Below are positions 61,929 to 64,000 of a stretch of 64,000 bases of DNA, in pieces (positions within the stretch are counted from its first letter, which is position 1; every line of letters starts with the position of its first letter). The notes below the pieces were generated by a model, which saw only the letters and a list, made by a program, of their open reading frames with translations, made no database searches and was not told the DNA's origin. Position numbers and translations under genes: made by a program. The DNA is from an uncultured Alphaproteobacteria bacterium (GTDB taxonomy: Bacteria > Pseudomonadota > Alphaproteobacteria > Rhizobiales > Kaistiaceae). The stretch spans positions 28,960 to 92,959 of the forward strand of contig CAWGVO010000002.1 of NCBI GenBank assembly GCA_963826055.1, given 5' to 3'.

Positions 61929-62570
61929 TCAGGTCTGCGACAGAAGTTCCGTAACGAGCCCGTCGAGCGTCGGGTGCCGACTGCGTTTCTGGCGCTCGGC
62001 GACCAGGATCGCGCGCACGATCGAGAGCGACTTCTGCAAATCGTCGTTAACGATCACGTATTCATACTCACTCCAGTGCTCAATCTCGGTGCGCGCGTTG
62101 GCAAGGCGGCGCTTGATCGTTTCGGCGTTGTCTTCGGCCCGACGCTCGAGACGGGCGCGCAACTCGGCCATCGATGGCGGCAACACGAACACCCGAACGA
62201 CGTCGTCCGGCAGTTTCTCGACGATCTGACGGGTTCCCTGCCAATCGATGTCGAAGAGCACGTCAGCACCCGTCCTCAACGCCTGCTCGACCGGCGCGCG
62301 GGGGGTGCCATAGAGCTTACCGTGAACCTCGGCCCATTCGAGCAGGTCGCCCCTCTCGCGCATCTGGGCGAAGCGTTCGCCATCGATGAAATGGTAGTGG
62401 ACTCCGTCGACCTCGCTCGGGCGACGTGTCCGGGTGGTTACCGAGATGGAGAGGTCGAGGTCAGCTTCGGTTTCGAGCAGCATCCGTGCCAGCGTCGACT
62501 TTCCGGCGCCGGACGGCGACGACAGCACCAGCAGCAGACCGCGCCGGGACGGATCTCGGGCTTCAGCCAT
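61929..62570 (-). CDS. gmk: guanylate kinase
   Basis: P-loop SSPSGAGKST, TTR…E.DG.HY.F motif. Confidence 0.93.
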   Translation of the reverse strand: MAEARDPSRRGLLLVLSSPSGAGKSTLARMLLETEADLDLSISVTTRTRRPSEVDGVHYHFIDGERFAQMRERGDLLEWAEVHGKLYGTPRAPVEQALRTGADVLFDIDWQGTRQIVEKLPDDVVRVFVLPPSMAELRARLERRAEDNAETIKRRLANARTEIEHWSEYEYVIVNDDLQKSLSIVRAILVAERQKRSRHPTLDGLVTELLSQT

Positions 62571-62572
62571 GG

Positions 62573-63460
62573 CTACTCCAGATTTTGGATCTGCTCGCGC
62601 AGCTGGTCGACGAGCGACTTCAGCTCAAGCCCGATCGTCGTTACACCACGGTCGTTGGACTTGGCACACAGCGTATTTACTTCGCGATTGAATTCCTGGG
62701 CGAGGAAATCGAGCCGACGGCCGACAGGGCCGCCCTGGGCGAGCAGATCGCGGGTGGCGGCAATGTGTGCGTCGAGGCGATCGATCTCTTCGCGGATGTC
62801 GGCCTTGTTGGCGAGCAGGACGGCCTCCTGATACAGGCGGTCCGGGTCGAGCGTGGGCGCGGCATCGAGAAGTGCCGCGATTTGCTCGGCAAGGCGTGCA
62901 CGAACGGAGTCCGGGGTGCGCGCCGGCGATGCTTCGGCCGAGCGGACGAGGCGCTCGATATCATCCAGCCGGGTGCGCAGAACCAACGCGATCGCGTCAC
63001 CCTCCCGCCGGCGGACCTGCAGCAGCTCAGCGAGGGCACTCGCCAGGTCGGCAAGGATCAGGTCCGCCAGCCGCTTCCGCGCCTCCTCGTCCAACTCCGC
63101 ATCCGCGGTTTCCATCACCCCTCGGAGGGACAGGATGCCATCGAGCGTCGGCGGCTGGACCTGAAGCCGCCCGGCGACCTTCTCCATCGCTGCCGCGACC
63201 TCCGCCAGGACATCCTCATTGATGCGAATTCGCCCGGCGGCCGTTTGCTGGCGCGTTGTAAGCGTGGCCTGGACACTGCCGCGCGCCAGCCCGGCGCTGA
63301 GGCCCTCGCGTGCCCCCATCTCGATGTATTCGAAACCCGGTGGCAGCCGCAGCCGGATGTCCAGGCCCTTGCCGTTGACCGACCGCAGTTCCCAGGTCCA
63401 CCGATAGCCTTCGCCGCCGCCGTCGCGGCGGGCAAAGCCGGTCATGCTGAACACAGGCAT
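62573..63460 (-). CDS. yicC: YicC family stress-induced protein
   Basis: Internal ATG 63460 gives MPVFSMTGFAR…. C-terminal DF…EFNREVNTL…K…LREQIQNLE is typical of YicC. Confidence 0.85.
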   Translation of the reverse strand: MPVFSMTGFARRDGGGEGYRWTWELRSVNGKGLDIRLRLPPGFEYIEMGAREGLSAGLARGSVQATLTTRQQTAAGRIRINEDVLAEVAAAMEKVAGRLQVQPPTLDGILSLRGVMETADAELDEEARKRLADLILADLASALAELLQVRRREGDAIALVLRTRLDDIERLVRSAEASPARTPDSVRARLAEQIAALLDAAPTLDPDRLYQEAVLLANKADIREEIDRLDAHIAATRDLLAQGGPVGRRLDFLAQEFNREVNTLCAKSNDRGVTTIGLELKSLVDQLREQIQNLE

Positions 63461-63546
63461 GGGCGAAGTAAGTCCCCGAGAAATCGGCGTCTCCAGCACC
63501 GACGCCATAAGGCCCGGACGCTCTGCGTTCAAGTCGGCAGGCACGG

Positions 63547-64000
63547 TTATTGTGGGCGGATGCGCGGCTGAAGCTGCATGGGGCCGTCGGCAGCCGCCGG
63601 CGCGGAAGGCGACAGCGCCAATGGAGTATCGGCAGGCGTGGCGGGCTTCTGGCCGGCAGCCGCCTCGGCAGCGGCCGCCGCCGCAGCGCCACCATTGGCG
63701 CCCTGCGCAAGGCTATCCGCCGGCGTCGCCGAGGCGGCATTCTTGTTGATCTCCCGCCAGCGGGCAACGTTGCGCAGGTGCGCTTCGTAGGTCTCTGCAA
63801 ACGTGTGGCCACCACTGCCGTCGGCGACGAAGAACAGATCGCGTGTCCTTGACGGGTTGGCGACCGCCTCGAGAGAGGCCCGACCGGGATTGGCAATCGG
63901 CCCGGGCGGCAGCCCATCCGCAACGTACGTGTTGTAGGGCGAGTTGGTATCGAGATCCGCGCGGCTGAGCGTGTAACCGTGCGGCTTACCGGAGCCCTTG
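63547..64000 (-). CDS. mltG: endolytic murein transglycosylase MltG (YceG-like), 5' end outside window
   Basis: Not in the ORF track because it has no start in the window. Minus-strand translation gives …[31 protein letters not shown]…[24 protein letters not shown]… with a TAA at 63547-63549. Confidence 0.8.
   Translation of the reverse strand, partial: KGSGKPHGYTLSRADLDTNSPYNTYVADGLPPGPIANPGRASLEAVANPSRTRDLFFVADGSGGHTFAETYEAHLRNVARWREINKNAASATPADSLAQGANGGAAAAAAAEAAAGQKPATPADTPLALSPSAPAAADGPMQLQPRIRPQ

Overview
High-GC alphaproteobacterial (Rhizobiales-like) chromosomal segment with about 70 genes. Most of it is conserved housekeeping synteny. The blocks are aspS|rnd; ppk1-ppx; hdaA, an AI-2E permease and a CDP-alcohol transferase divergent from purM-purN-rlmJ; uvrC, dgkA, pgsA-moaD-moaE; ndk-oxyR divergent from katG; rsgA; asnB-like; an ABC-F ATPase; holC-pepA divergent from lptF-lptG-lptD-surA-pdxA-rsmA; and gmk-yicC-mltG. 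Accessory material is limited. There is a vapBC pair wedged between ppk1 and hdaA (14.1-14.8 kb). There is also a patch at about 40.9-50.1 kb that holds five things: (i) a visibly AT-richer orphan Rhs C-terminal toxin plus immunity module, (ii) a 5'-truncated Rhs core fragment that looks circularly permuted relative to (i), (iii) a tandem array of composite REP-like palindromic elements, (iv) a lower-GC orphan gene bracketed by about 150-bp direct REP composites, and (v) a parDE pair. Several clusters of secreted proteins of unknown function are present (0.8-6.6 kb, 37.1-38.8 kb). The most striking sequence-level feature is about 20 single-base frame disruptions inside otherwise well conserved genes. 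Ten are in katG; others are in purN, an SDR gene, moaE, ndk, probably oxyR, a small basic-protein gene, both Rhs fragments, parE and holC. They sit mostly at short G/C runs, so sequencing or assembly error is at least as likely as real gene decay. I recognised no rRNA, tRNA, CRISPR array, transposase or integrase. I cannot name a clear-cut novel multi-gene system. The best leads are the Rhs toxin/immunity module, the REP-bracketed orphan gene next to parDE, and the uncharacterised secreted-protein clusters. All functional calls rest on my reading of the translated ORFs; no database search was run.
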